From Monosiga brevicollis MX1 (taxonomy: Eukaryota), in the NCBI RefSeq assembly GCF_000002865.3, contig NW_001865090.1, forward strand, positions 1-64,000: a stretch of DNA of 64,000 nucleotides, read 5' to 3'. Every line of letters begins with the position of its first letter. The first letter of the stretch is position 1. The translations under genes and the position numbers were made by a program. The notes under the pieces are model-generated. The model had not been told where the DNA came from. It made no database searches and saw nothing but the letters and a program-made list of their open reading frames with translations. This document shows positions 54,101 to 64,000 of the stretch, piece by piece.

Positions 54101-56311
54101 TCCAGATACGGATCAAAGGCCGGGAAACTCTCAAACTTGGTGGGGGCATCGCGAGCAGCCTTTTCCTGTGGTACAAAAATGTGAGGGAGTCGATAAAACG
54201 TTCCTGATACAAACAACGCTTGGGGGGGGGAGGGGAATTGACAAAGAAGTGGTTGACAAGTGGCCATTCGTTTACAATCACAGACCTTGCATGTGAGTGC
54301 GCGGTGACAATGTTTGCCCGTTTTGGGATCAAGTACGTAGCAGTGCCGATTCGGATCCAGTTTGGCTGTGACAACACATCAGGAAAAAAGAAATGAGATA
54401 CATCAACAAAATAAGCATCGTAGGCGAGGCAAGGACATGGACGCAGGGGTTCGCCTTGCACGAGTTTGGACGCGTCAACCTACTCTCGCGCGTGTTCTTT
54501 GACTTTTCTGTCTTGGGGGTACCAGAGCGTTGGCCTTTGGCTGATAATTATGGGTAGGCCAAAGGTAGCACGCGACCACTCGGTGAGTTTGCGAAGGATC
54601 AGCGGAGCGGAACTAAGAAACTAAAAAAAAAGAAAAAAAAAAAAAAAGAAGAAGCAAAAATAAAAAGAAGAAGCACGACTCAGACAATCTTACCTTTGGT
54701 GGTTTTGGCTGGCTTATCCGACGTGTCCACAAATACACCTAGGGGTAGGCAGGAAACAAGCATGAGTGCGTTGCGTTGCGTGGTGAAGATAGCGTACTTG
54801 CGAGGATAATCCAAAGAAAGACGAACTGTCAAAGTCATTAAAACCGCCCAGGTCGAGCAGCTGATCCAGCTCGGCGTCGGTGATGGCTGCGGCTGCCGAG
54901 TTTTCGGTACCAAGGGGATCACTAGTCGGGTTCTCTGCGGGCAAATCCTGACGGCAGTCACCTGGGCATAGTGCAGAGGCGATATGAGGAGGCTTAGGTT
55001 TTGAAACACAACAGGGTTTGCAGCAAGGAAGGGTAGTCTGGCAAGAGTGTGGCAAAGCAAGCGGACCTAGGGCTTGGTGAGCGGCGAAAGCACGCTCGAG
55101 CAGCCGACGGTCACACTTTGGACAGGTGACAAAGCGAGCTTCCTCTTTGAGGGGGTACTGGCCAAAAAGGTTGCGATCCTCTGGATTGAAGAGGGATGTA
55201 CCGTGGATGGCCCCGGATCGCGCCGCAGAACCATCTATAGATACACAGACAGACAGACGCCCATCCGCAGCACATGGGGGTTGGATATGAATCAATGACG
55301 CAAGCCCTGGGATGCCGTCATCGAGAGAAACGTACTTTGATGCCCAGAGCCATTATTCAAATCAGGTGCGCCGACAGCAAAGTTGGTGGTGCCGTGGGAA
55401 AGCGCGGAATCGAGACCGAGCTTGGCACCATCAGCTGTGATGGTATCGCGTAAATGCGGAGGCAATTGCTGCATCAAAGCTTCCTTGCCTAGTCAAGGTC
55501 AAACATATTTTTTGATAAGATGCACAGGTTGAGCTTGGGGTTAAAGAGAAATTGTGGGGGCCATGGCCGAAGCTGGCCGAAGCTGGCTGAAGCTACCACT
55601 CACGTGTCTGCAGGTCAGCAATGGCCTGAGAATTTTGGGCCTAAACAACAGGAAGGCGGCAAGACAAAGGAGGACAATGAGATTATCTGCTGTTGGTCCA
55701 GGGGTTGAAGCTCAACGGCCGCGTCGTTTCGACACAGGGCAGAGCACGGGGGGTGGGGGCGACTAGCACGTACGAAGGTGGGCGGCGGTGACTGTTTTCT
55801 TCGACCCAAGCGACGCCCGTTTCCACGTCCTGATTGCAAAGGTTTTTTTTGTGAGCGAGAAAAACGACTTCAAAGGCCAGGATGTTTTGAGGACATTACT
55901 GCTTTTGGACGAGAAGCAACCCACCTTTGCTTTGCTTCGCAGTGGGCAGCAGGGGCGGGGTTTCTACTGGGCAGAGGGGGAGGGGAGGAAGGAAGAGTGG
56001 ATGAGGGATGAGGGATGAGGGCATTGGCAACCGATAACTGCTATGGGTGAGGAGAGCTGGCCACACCGATGGGATCGGGCTTAAAGTCCAAGTTGACATC
56101 GTCGTCGTGGCCCATGACGCTCGCCAGCTCGGGCAGCAGGCTATTGATGTCATCATCACCAAGCAAGCCTCCCGGATCATCAAGCTGCGCGTGCATTACA
56201 TGGTAACATTGCGAAATGAGTCAGCCAGGGCGAGCGTGAGGCGAGACACTGGCTATGAGGAGCACTCACGGCATCAGTGTCGAGCAAGGACATGTCCAAT
56301 GGATCAGCCAT
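51191..56311 (-). CDS. ATXN7: Ataxin-7/Sgf73-like SAGA subunit (N-terminal Zn finger, SCA7 motif, long Lys/Ala/Ser/Thr-rich tail); multi-exon
   Basis: EDRNLFGQYPLKEEARFVTCPKCDRRLLERAFAAHQ (ZnF-Sgf73-like). The exon at about 54287-54366 reads KLDPNRHCYVLDPKTGKHCHRALTCK (SCA7 motif). Upstream exons splice in frame back to MADPLDM at 56311. Confidence 0.75.
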
Positions 56312-57647
56312 ATTGCCTGTCCTTGAGTAAAGGTACGATAAGGCAACGGAAGCAAGTCACAGCACTAGTTGGGGGCGTTGGAGAGAAACGTCAAGCCGCC
56401 ACCGCTCTTCAGCTGGATTTTGGCCTGATAATTCAGGAGGAGATTATGGCAGCCATTCTGTAGGCACGTCCATCGACCAAGCACACAGCCAACAAAGAGC
56501 TTTTTTTTTGCGGTTGAGGGGCGCAAAAAGGGTGGAAAGGAGAGTGCAAATTCTGCTGCACAATCAGTACGTTGGGTCGCCTGGAACGGTGACCGACTAA
56601 ACTACAAGTTGCGTTACAGCGGAAGGATGGCGTAGTCTAAGGAGTATTTCAATCAGGTTGGGGTAAGCAGGAGAATGGGGCGTTGTCGTGATGTGGCGGC
56701 CTTTGGAGCAGAGAGGGGGGTGAGGGGTGGGAATGGGCTGGATGCCGCCGGTGGTGCGCGCGCGCGAGCGTGTGTGTGGCTGGACGAGCAAAAAGGTATG
56801 ACAGGCTGAAGAATTCGCTGCATTATTGAGAGCAGGAGCGGCACAGACCTTGGGAGGGCTGCACAAATAACCCGCTTAAGAGGCTGCTTGCTCAATACGT
56901 AGCGCGCAGTGTATTGGTTGCATCAACCAGAAGCAGAATCCTTGTCGGGCAGGCCAACCCGCGATGCCGTTTTGCAAGCTAGGCGCTGACAATCGCGCAA
57001 GTCACACTCCACGGAACGGCAGGATCCGATCCGATCGTCCTCAAACCGAGGCCTGCATTTGAGAATCACGGAACCAAGATCAATGTACATGCGTCCCCAA
57101 AAAAAAGGCACAGATAGCACTTGGGATATGAAGAGAAAGCTCAAGGCCACCGCGAACGAGAACCGAGCCATGCGGCACGGGACAGCAGCGACGGACGAGA
57201 GGTCACGAGCGACGAGAGCAACAGGTGCCGCTGCCAAGGTTCAACGATTTTTTTTTTTTTCTTTCAGAGAGAGAGGTAGAGGTGTGAAGCGTAGTGTGAT
57301 CAAACTTACACTTGGAATAAAATGCTGACGTCGAGAACAGCAGTTGTACGATGACTTGGATAACGGTGTTATCTAAGAGGGAGTTGTTTACTTTAGAGGC
57401 AGCCGGTGTCGGATTTTTTTTTCTGTGTGTGTGTGTGTGTGTGTGTGCGCGGGGTGACCCGAGCTGGGGCTGCGCTGGCCACTTGTGCACTTGCGTGTTT
57501 GGGTGCTGGGTGGGGAGGGGAATGGCAGTTGGCAGAGTGCGCGTTGGGTATACGGGTGATGGGGTTTCAGGGTGTGTGGCTGTATGTGGGGTTGCAGAGT
57601 TGATCGATGCTTGGTCCTGGGAATTGTGTGTAGGAGAACGAGGAGAC

Positions 57648-58074
57648 ATGTCGCGAAACGCGTTTGTGGTCTTTGTCGTGGCGGGCGGCACGCTGGCCGC
57701 CCTGTATCCGATTGTTTTTGCGCCCATGCTCAACCGTGGTGCTAGCTACGGTATGTCTACCCATATGAACTGCTTTGTTGCCATGTGCACCCCTGTGTTC
57801 CGTGTGTTTGCATCTGGCCTGGGTGTCGGAGCCGTTGCGCCCGGTCTTCTGACTCCTTTGCCATCGACATGCGCGTCCCAATCAGCACAACGCCAGGAAG
57901 AGTTTTTGCGCCAACAAGGCCTCAGCAAGCAGGAAATTCAACCCACAGGTACGTTTTGCTGTGCGCGGGAAAATTGCCAGCGCTGCGGCCCAGGGCGAGG
58001 TGCTAAGCCGGTTCCCTTGAACTCCAGGTTTGCCCGTGTGGTCTGATCCCTTTCAGAGCAAATCCAAGAACTGA
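57648..58074 (+). CDS. SMIM20: SMIM20/MITRAC7 (phoenixin precursor) homolog, about 70 aa, 3 exons
   Basis: MSRNAFVVFVVAGGTLAALYPIVFAPMLNRGASY|AQRQEEFLRQQGLSKQEIQPT|GLPVWSDPFQSKSKN matches the SMIM20 motifs YPI.F.P and QP.GL.VWSDPF. Confidence 0.9.
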
Positions 58075-58439
58075 GCAGCATCAACAATCTATCCGCACTC
58101 TGCTGCACATTCCTTGCTGCTGCTGCTGCTGCTGTATTGTCTTCTCGCCTCTTGTCTGTTGGATGCTTTCGCGGCTGTGCCGCCCAAGGTCCCAGCAGTT
58201 TCAACTCAATTGCGCTTCCAAATCCAATCTCGTCGCTTTGTCTCTTGTTTTTTTTTTGGTTCTCCCTTTGCAAGCGACGTGTCAACTAGCCCCACACTCA
58301 TACCTACTCCCTCCACTGCCCTCCGGTTCTCGAGCCGTCTTCTGACAGAGAGAAAGAGACAAGCGACCGACCGAAGGTTGGGGGAGGGGGGTAAACCCAG
58401 ACTGCTCAAGTGGTCGTGACCCACGAGGCTAAAACAGAC

Positions 58440-58579
58440 CGACAGACGAGAGACAGAGAGAGCTTGAGAGAGAAAGAGAGAGAGAGAGAGATGAGAGAGA
58501 AAGAGCTCAAAAGCTTGAGAGAGCGAAAACTGAAACAGTGTTTGTAATTTTTAATTTTTTTTTTGTTTCGAGTGTTGAT

Positions 58580-58637
<58 letters not shown>

Positions 58638-58655
58638 GACAGACAGACACACAGA
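58440..58655. repeat. GA-rich and (CA)n/(CAGA)n microsatellites
   Basis: Directly visible. Confidence 0.9.
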
Positions 58656-58939
58656 GGGTCCACCACGCACACGGGGTGTGTGTGCGTCTGTCTCGTCTGG
58701 CGAGGGCTGGAGGGGGGGAAAAGCATCTGGGGTGTGGCGAGGCAGGGTGGCTTTGGTGTGGTAGGGGCTTGGCATTTTGATGCTGGTTCGGAGAGTCGTT
58801 CTCGGCCGAAGGCTTGGTGTTGATTGGTTGTGAGATCGTGGCGGGGAGGATCGGGTGCGCTGTTTCCGGGCTTTGGCAGCCAGGTGCCGTTTGCTGAGAC
58901 CGTGGAGCTTGTGGAAGATATGAAAAGGCAACATTCGCA

Positions 58940-61427
58940 ATGAGCCTGACCACGAAGAACCTGGAGCGGCTGCGCCAGCAGCTAGCGGAACAAGATGCGG
59001 CGGCAGCTGAAGCGGCAGCCGTGGATGACCATGGCAAGCGCAGCAGTCATGCCGCTGGTAGTACTAGCGCTCCTCCACCGCTCGAGGCCAAGCTGGCAGA
59101 GTGGAGCCAGGTGACCGTCGAAGCTCCCACCCCAACCAAGGTGAGGCTGCTTTCTTCCCTCCCGCCCTTGGTTTGGATTCGTCAGTCGGCGGTTTTCATG
59201 ATCTCACTCAACTCGTCGTTTCGACTCGCCTTGCCCCCTCGCCTGCTTTTGGCTTGCATCTGCAGCGAACTGTGGACCTCTCTCGCTGGATGAAGGCTCG
59301 CGATGTCTTTCTTACCGTTTGGGCGCCTTTTGACATTTGCTGGCAACACTACGAAAAATTGGCCCGGTATGCTGTGCCGGACGGCGACTGGATATCTGAG
59401 AGCGAGTTGGCGCCGCGTCACGGTTTCTGCTCGCGCTCACCCACCCCATGACCGCCCGATAGCTGGCAAAATCCCAAACTGTCGTTTGTCGCCACTGTAG
59501 TCGTCGTTTTCTTTGCCTTTCTGCCACGTGCGTACCGCGCGTCGCCATGCATGGGGTCGCATGGGTCACTGCCACTCCCCTCGTCGCATCTCTGACCGCT
59601 CGATTTCCGCGCCGTGGTACACCACCAACTTGCCACGATCCTTCCTCTTCTCCTCAAAGGCTTGGTGCCTTTGGTCCTGTGGCTCGTCCTGGTCCTGGTC
59701 TCATACTACTGCTGGATGCTCAACTCGCGGAGCCCCGGCGCGCTCCTATCCAAAGCCTACTGTCGCGGTGCGCGCCCACCCAAGGATGCGTTGTGCTTTG
59801 TGAAGGTCATGCGGTTCACCCTTTGTGCATCACCTGCTCACTCTGCTACAAGCTCATACTCGTTCTTTTCTGCACCTTGTCTCCGCCCCAATTTGTGGCT
59901 TGCAGCGCTGGATGCGTTTGCCATCATGCGCAAAAAGGTCAAGGAGGTGCGTCGAGCGCATGGGGATGAACGAGGCCGAGTGTTGCACCCCTGCCTCGCC
60001 GGCCGCCTTTGTGCATATGACTCATGCTCATGCCCCCTTTTGCCGTCTGCAGGAAGACGTGGACGCTCAGCTCAAAGCCTTTCACTTTGTGTGCGTGCAG
60101 CGTTGTGACCGAGTTATCGTGCACCTTCTTGACTGTCCGCCATGACCTCTCACCATTCTTTTCCGGATTGATTTGACAGACTACTCAAGCTGCAGGAGAC
60201 GGGCGAAGTGCTGATTGATCGCTTATATCGCGTCCAATTATTGCTGTCCTGGCGAAGCCCTGAGCATTCTCGTCGGTTCGTCCTTTGGTCAAATGGTTCA
60301 CGCCCGACCACTGCTGCTGCTTTGTTCCTCAATCTTCTGCCAATCTGCCCAATTTTAGCTTTTTGCTTGGGTGTCTGGCTTGGGCGATAATGGCCGCCTC
60401 GTTCACGGGCTGGTTGCTGCGCGTTTACGTTGCCTTGCTTCTTACAACCTGGGGCACGCCCTTTGGGCAGCGTCTCCTATTGGCCACCTTCTTCCGTCTG
60501 CCCACCCGCGAGCAGCAGACTGCTGCTTCCAAGACCAGCTACCGGTTTGTTTCAAGCCTTTGAGGCTGTTCGGCCCTGCCAACGTTTGATGCGCAATACA
60601 GCAATGTTGTAAAATTGCCGATCCACGCTACAATTTCACCACCTCATCGTGCGTGTGCGTGTGTGCGTGTGCCAGCATTGGGGATCTTCAGCCGACGCTC
60701 AAGACGCTTGCCGATGACTACCAGAGCAAGAAGAAGACAGAACAGGAGTGGCTGGTCGTTGATGGCGACGATTTGGAAGAGACGGGGCGAGAGTCACAGC
60801 CAGACGAGTCTGTCGATGATGCTTCGTACGTTGTCCTCTCCTCTGGCACGAGTGACTTACAAACGTGGCATACTCACGCTCGCGTTGCAATGGTGACTTC
60901 CCCCTTCCCCGTGTTGCCGCATTGCAGCGAGACCAGCTTACGTCGACGAAGTGGGGGTGCAGGCAGCTGTCCTGATTGCGGCAGCGCCTATACCTGGCTC
61001 CGTCAGCGAGTGCGTGACACTTTGCTCTAGCCTCAGACGGCACCTGAATGCTTTCTCTCTGCTTCCCGTACATCTTTGCAATAGGCATCACCTGTGCGAG
61101 GTGGGGCTCATGAATTATTTATTTTGTAGGTCTACTGTCGATCCTGCGGCGAACGACGTTGTGCCCGTTGCTGCCAATTCAAGGTCCCGCGTCGTGCGTT
61201 GGGTGCAACGGGTACGCCACCTGCACGTTTGGCGATGTGTTTTGAAGCTGGCCGGCTTTCTCTCACCCTGCGCGACTTGCTGCAACATGCCACCAGCCCC
61301 TGCGGCGCAACGAGAGACCGTACGGGTGTGTGCCAATTGCTACGCCTCGCTGGCCGAGCAGGTGCAAAACATGGTCCCCGAAGGTTCTGGTGAGGGTGCT
61401 GCGCTGTCAGCGGCAGCTGCGCCGTGA
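58940..61427 (+). CDS. ZFYVE27: Protrudin-like ER membrane protein with a C-terminal atypical FYVE finger; multi-exon
   Basis: Several hydrophobic segments and an acidic stretch, then CPDCGSAYTWLRQR|VYCRSCGERRCARCCQFKVPR|APAAQRETVRVCANCY, matching the protrudin FYVE variant. Confidence 0.85.
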
Positions 61428-61740
61428 GTTTCCAGTATGAAGATGATGTTTTAGCTTTACAACTTTAATCAAATCGATTTCTTTTTTGTAAGCACATGCT
61501 ACCTGCCTTGGACAGGCTGAGGAAAAGAATCACTTTGTGATCACATGGGGCGAGCTGGGGGAATGGAAAGATGAAACACAAAAGGCACGAACACAAGTCT
61601 CGCCGCACAGCGAGGCCTTCCTAGTGACAAAGACGCCGATCAAGACCTGCACGCTTACAAAGCGCATGCGCAGCGAGTGGGGCACTCGAGCCCATTAGAT
61701 TGCAGCTGAATCAGGTATCGGGGGACACAATGATCACTGC

Positions 61741-62846
61741 TTAAGCTGTCTGCATCTTGGGGTGCAGACCAAGCTCCAGCATCTTGGCTTGGAGTGAGTC
61801 TAGGACATCAATGGGGTTGTCGTGCTTGCTGCCCTCAAGTTGGGCGTACTGGCGCACGGTCTTCTCACGCAGGCGCATGAAGGGGTTAGTCTTGCGCTCG
61901 AGACCCAGGGTGGAAGGAACGTTGGGGACCTTGCTCTTCTGGTTGTCCTTGGCCTCGGCCAAGCGCATCTCAATGTCCTCGTTCTCGGGCTCAACGCCGA
62001 CGGCAAAGCGCAGGTTTTCAACAACCGAGTCGTAGCCGGGGTAGACTTCAACGTCATCGTCCAGCGAGCCAAGAATGTCGTTCAAGACGCGGAAGAGATC
62101 CTTGGCGGTGCCAGACATGCCCTTGGGCACTGACTTCTTCGAGGGAACGTCGGCAATCTTGCCCTCAATGGCATGAACGTTGATGGCGCCAGCACCACCA
62201 CACAAAAGAGTGCCACCGGTGAAAACGGCCTTTTCGCCCGAGGAAGGGTCTTGAACCTCAAAGATGAGGGAGCCCTCAGTGAAGGAGTGGGCATCCTTGA
62301 CAATGACGTCAAGGTTGCCAACCTTGATGTGCTGGCCGTGCTTGGCCTCCTTGTCCATGGCACGCGTGTTGTCGCCACGGCTGCCGTAGATTACGGCGTC
62401 AGGGAACTGTGTTTGTTCGGAGGGACGCAGCAGGCAGGGAAACAGGTAAGCTCAAGCTCAAGTCGAAGCAATGTCCCCGCAAGCAAAACCGTAGTTCTCT
62501 CAACACACACAACAACGGGGTCGGAACTTACCAGGCGCTTGACCTCTTCATTGTCACGGGTATGGTCCCATTTGTTGTCAGTGGAGAGGACGGCCACGAT
62601 CTTGGCGTCCAGGCGGCGGGCGGCCTTTTCAAGCTGAGCATTCACAAAAAGCAGGACATTTTTAAATGGACAGTGAGTGGGTTTGTCGTTGTCGTGCTGG
62701 GCAGCGCGCACGAGAGCGTTGACACGACTCGAGCAACGCACCTTGTTGACATCAGCGGCATCGATCACGGCAGCAGTGTTGGACGACTCATCAACCAACA
62801 GGTACATGAGCGAGTTGCGGAGAACGGGGAGAACCTCGATATGCAT
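61741..62846 (-). CDS. Glyoxalase II (hydroxyacylglutathione hydrolase)-like protein with degenerate metal-binding motifs; 3 exons
   Basis: MHIEVLPVL..LMYLLVDE..AAVID, AVFTGGTL..GGAG, VYPGYD...NLRFA..VEPEN and PNVPSTLGLERKTNPFMR give a GloB/HAGH scaffold. Confidence 0.88.
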
Positions 62847-63539
62847 GATGACGGTCTTGGGGTTGTGGAAAAAGAAAACTTCTTGGAGCACAAGGGCAAA
62901 GTAGTTCAGTAGAGTCTTGTTGGCGCAAGCTGGTAGTAGGTCTAGTTCAAGTTTCAATGATGTGTGAATCACTGTCTGAGAAAATGCCACATCTGGCCGA
63001 GGGGCTCACACATATAGTGGCTGCATGGCCGACTGGCCCTGAAAGGGTGGCTGCGGGCTGCACGCATCTGCTTGATGATGCTGGCGATTGCCCGTGCAAT
63101 TGACAAAGTCAGTGGAGAATGACGTGGAAAGCTACAGGTCGCGGTAGTAGAAGGCAGGCGAGGCTCCAAGGGGCTAAGTGTGTTGTGGCGGACATTAAGA
63201 CAAGGGGAAAGCGATGGAAGACGCCGCGTGCATGGTCTTATGCAAAGCCCCAGGCCGAAGAAGAACGTTAGGAAAAGATGCGCTTGTCGCGCGTCACAAT
63301 GCCCATAAGCACTCAGTCGCAATCCAAGGTGTGTGGGTGTGGTGATGGCCCAAGCCATGCATTGACAACAAGCGCCCACAACCATACTCCCCTTGATACT
63401 CCATGCGCCACTACCCCTTTTGCTGGTGCGCTGCTTCCCCTCCCTAGTATCCTCCCCGAGGGCTCCAACCCACGCCCATCACACGTTTTGATCAGCCTTA
63501 CACATGCCGTACCGTGCTGACAATTCCATGCTGACAATT

Positions 63540-63740
63540 CAGAAGAAGAGAAGAAGAAGATGAAGATGAAGAAGAAGAAGATAAAGATCAAGATGAAGAT
63601 GAAGAGGGAGAAAAAAGAAGAAGAGGGAGAAGAAGAAGAAGGGGGAGAAGCAGTTGAAGCAGAAGCAGCATCAGAAGCAGAAGCAGCATCAGAAGCAGAA
63701 GCAGCATCAGAAGCAGAAGCAGAAGAAGTTGAAGCAGAGT
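63540..63740. repeat. GAA-rich low-complexity tract containing the 18-nt unit GAAGCAGAAGCAGCATCA three times
   Basis: Directly visible. Confidence 0.85.
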
Positions 63741-64000
63741 AAGGGAAGAAGATCTGCAAGGAAGCGCAGGTCAAGAATGAACAGATCTAAAGAAGATGTA
63801 GAAGATAGGGGAGAAAAAGAAGTGAATGACCATAGTCAAAAGGCTTACAAAGCAAAACTAGCTGGAGAACATGGCGAAGAATAGGAGGAAGTTGAAGACA
63901 GTTACTCAAGATTCAATGTCAGATAAAACGCGCGCGCTGGCAAATCATCAACAAACGACAAGAACGATGGGCGGGTGGGGACGCCGCCGGCAGCAGGGCG

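Noticed and set aside
56923..57328. ORFs between ATXN7 and SMIM20, including a hydrophobic MARFSFAVAL start
   Set aside because: No consistent spliced model or recognisable motif; probably UTR or promoter.
63313..63884. Lys/Glu/Ala-rich ORFs at the right end
   Set aside because: Derived from GAA low-complexity repeats, with no domain evidence.

Overview
Compact, intron-rich eukaryotic DNA with short GT-AG introns, many GA/CA microsatellites and one N gap (6887-7125). The style and the animal-like gene set suggest a choanoflagellate such as Monosiga (inference). I built about 19 protein-coding gene models by hand: partial anoctamin, small ankyrin protein, PAAF1/Rpn14, a single-exon lipid-anchored HET-domain protein, a small UBA+UBL protein, a BTB/Sec31-C-terminal (SRA1) fusion, eIF3i, an orphan secreted Cys-rich protein, a PH-SH2 adaptor (SH3BP2-like), an IDS-like sulfatase, an SDR, a USP53/54-like DUB, ASPM, ITPA, TMC, MsrA, ATXN7/Sgf73, SMIM20 (phoenixin precursor), protrudin/ZFYVE27 and a glyoxalase II pseudoenzyme. 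The strongest leads are the intronless, probably myristoylated HET (TIR-like) protein, the BTB-Sec31/SRA1 fusion, the glyoxalase II that has lost its metal ligands, and a CDE/E2F-CHR element upstream of ASPM. CDS coordinates are start-to-stop spans that include introns. Exon structures and family calls come from reading motifs by eye, not from database searches.
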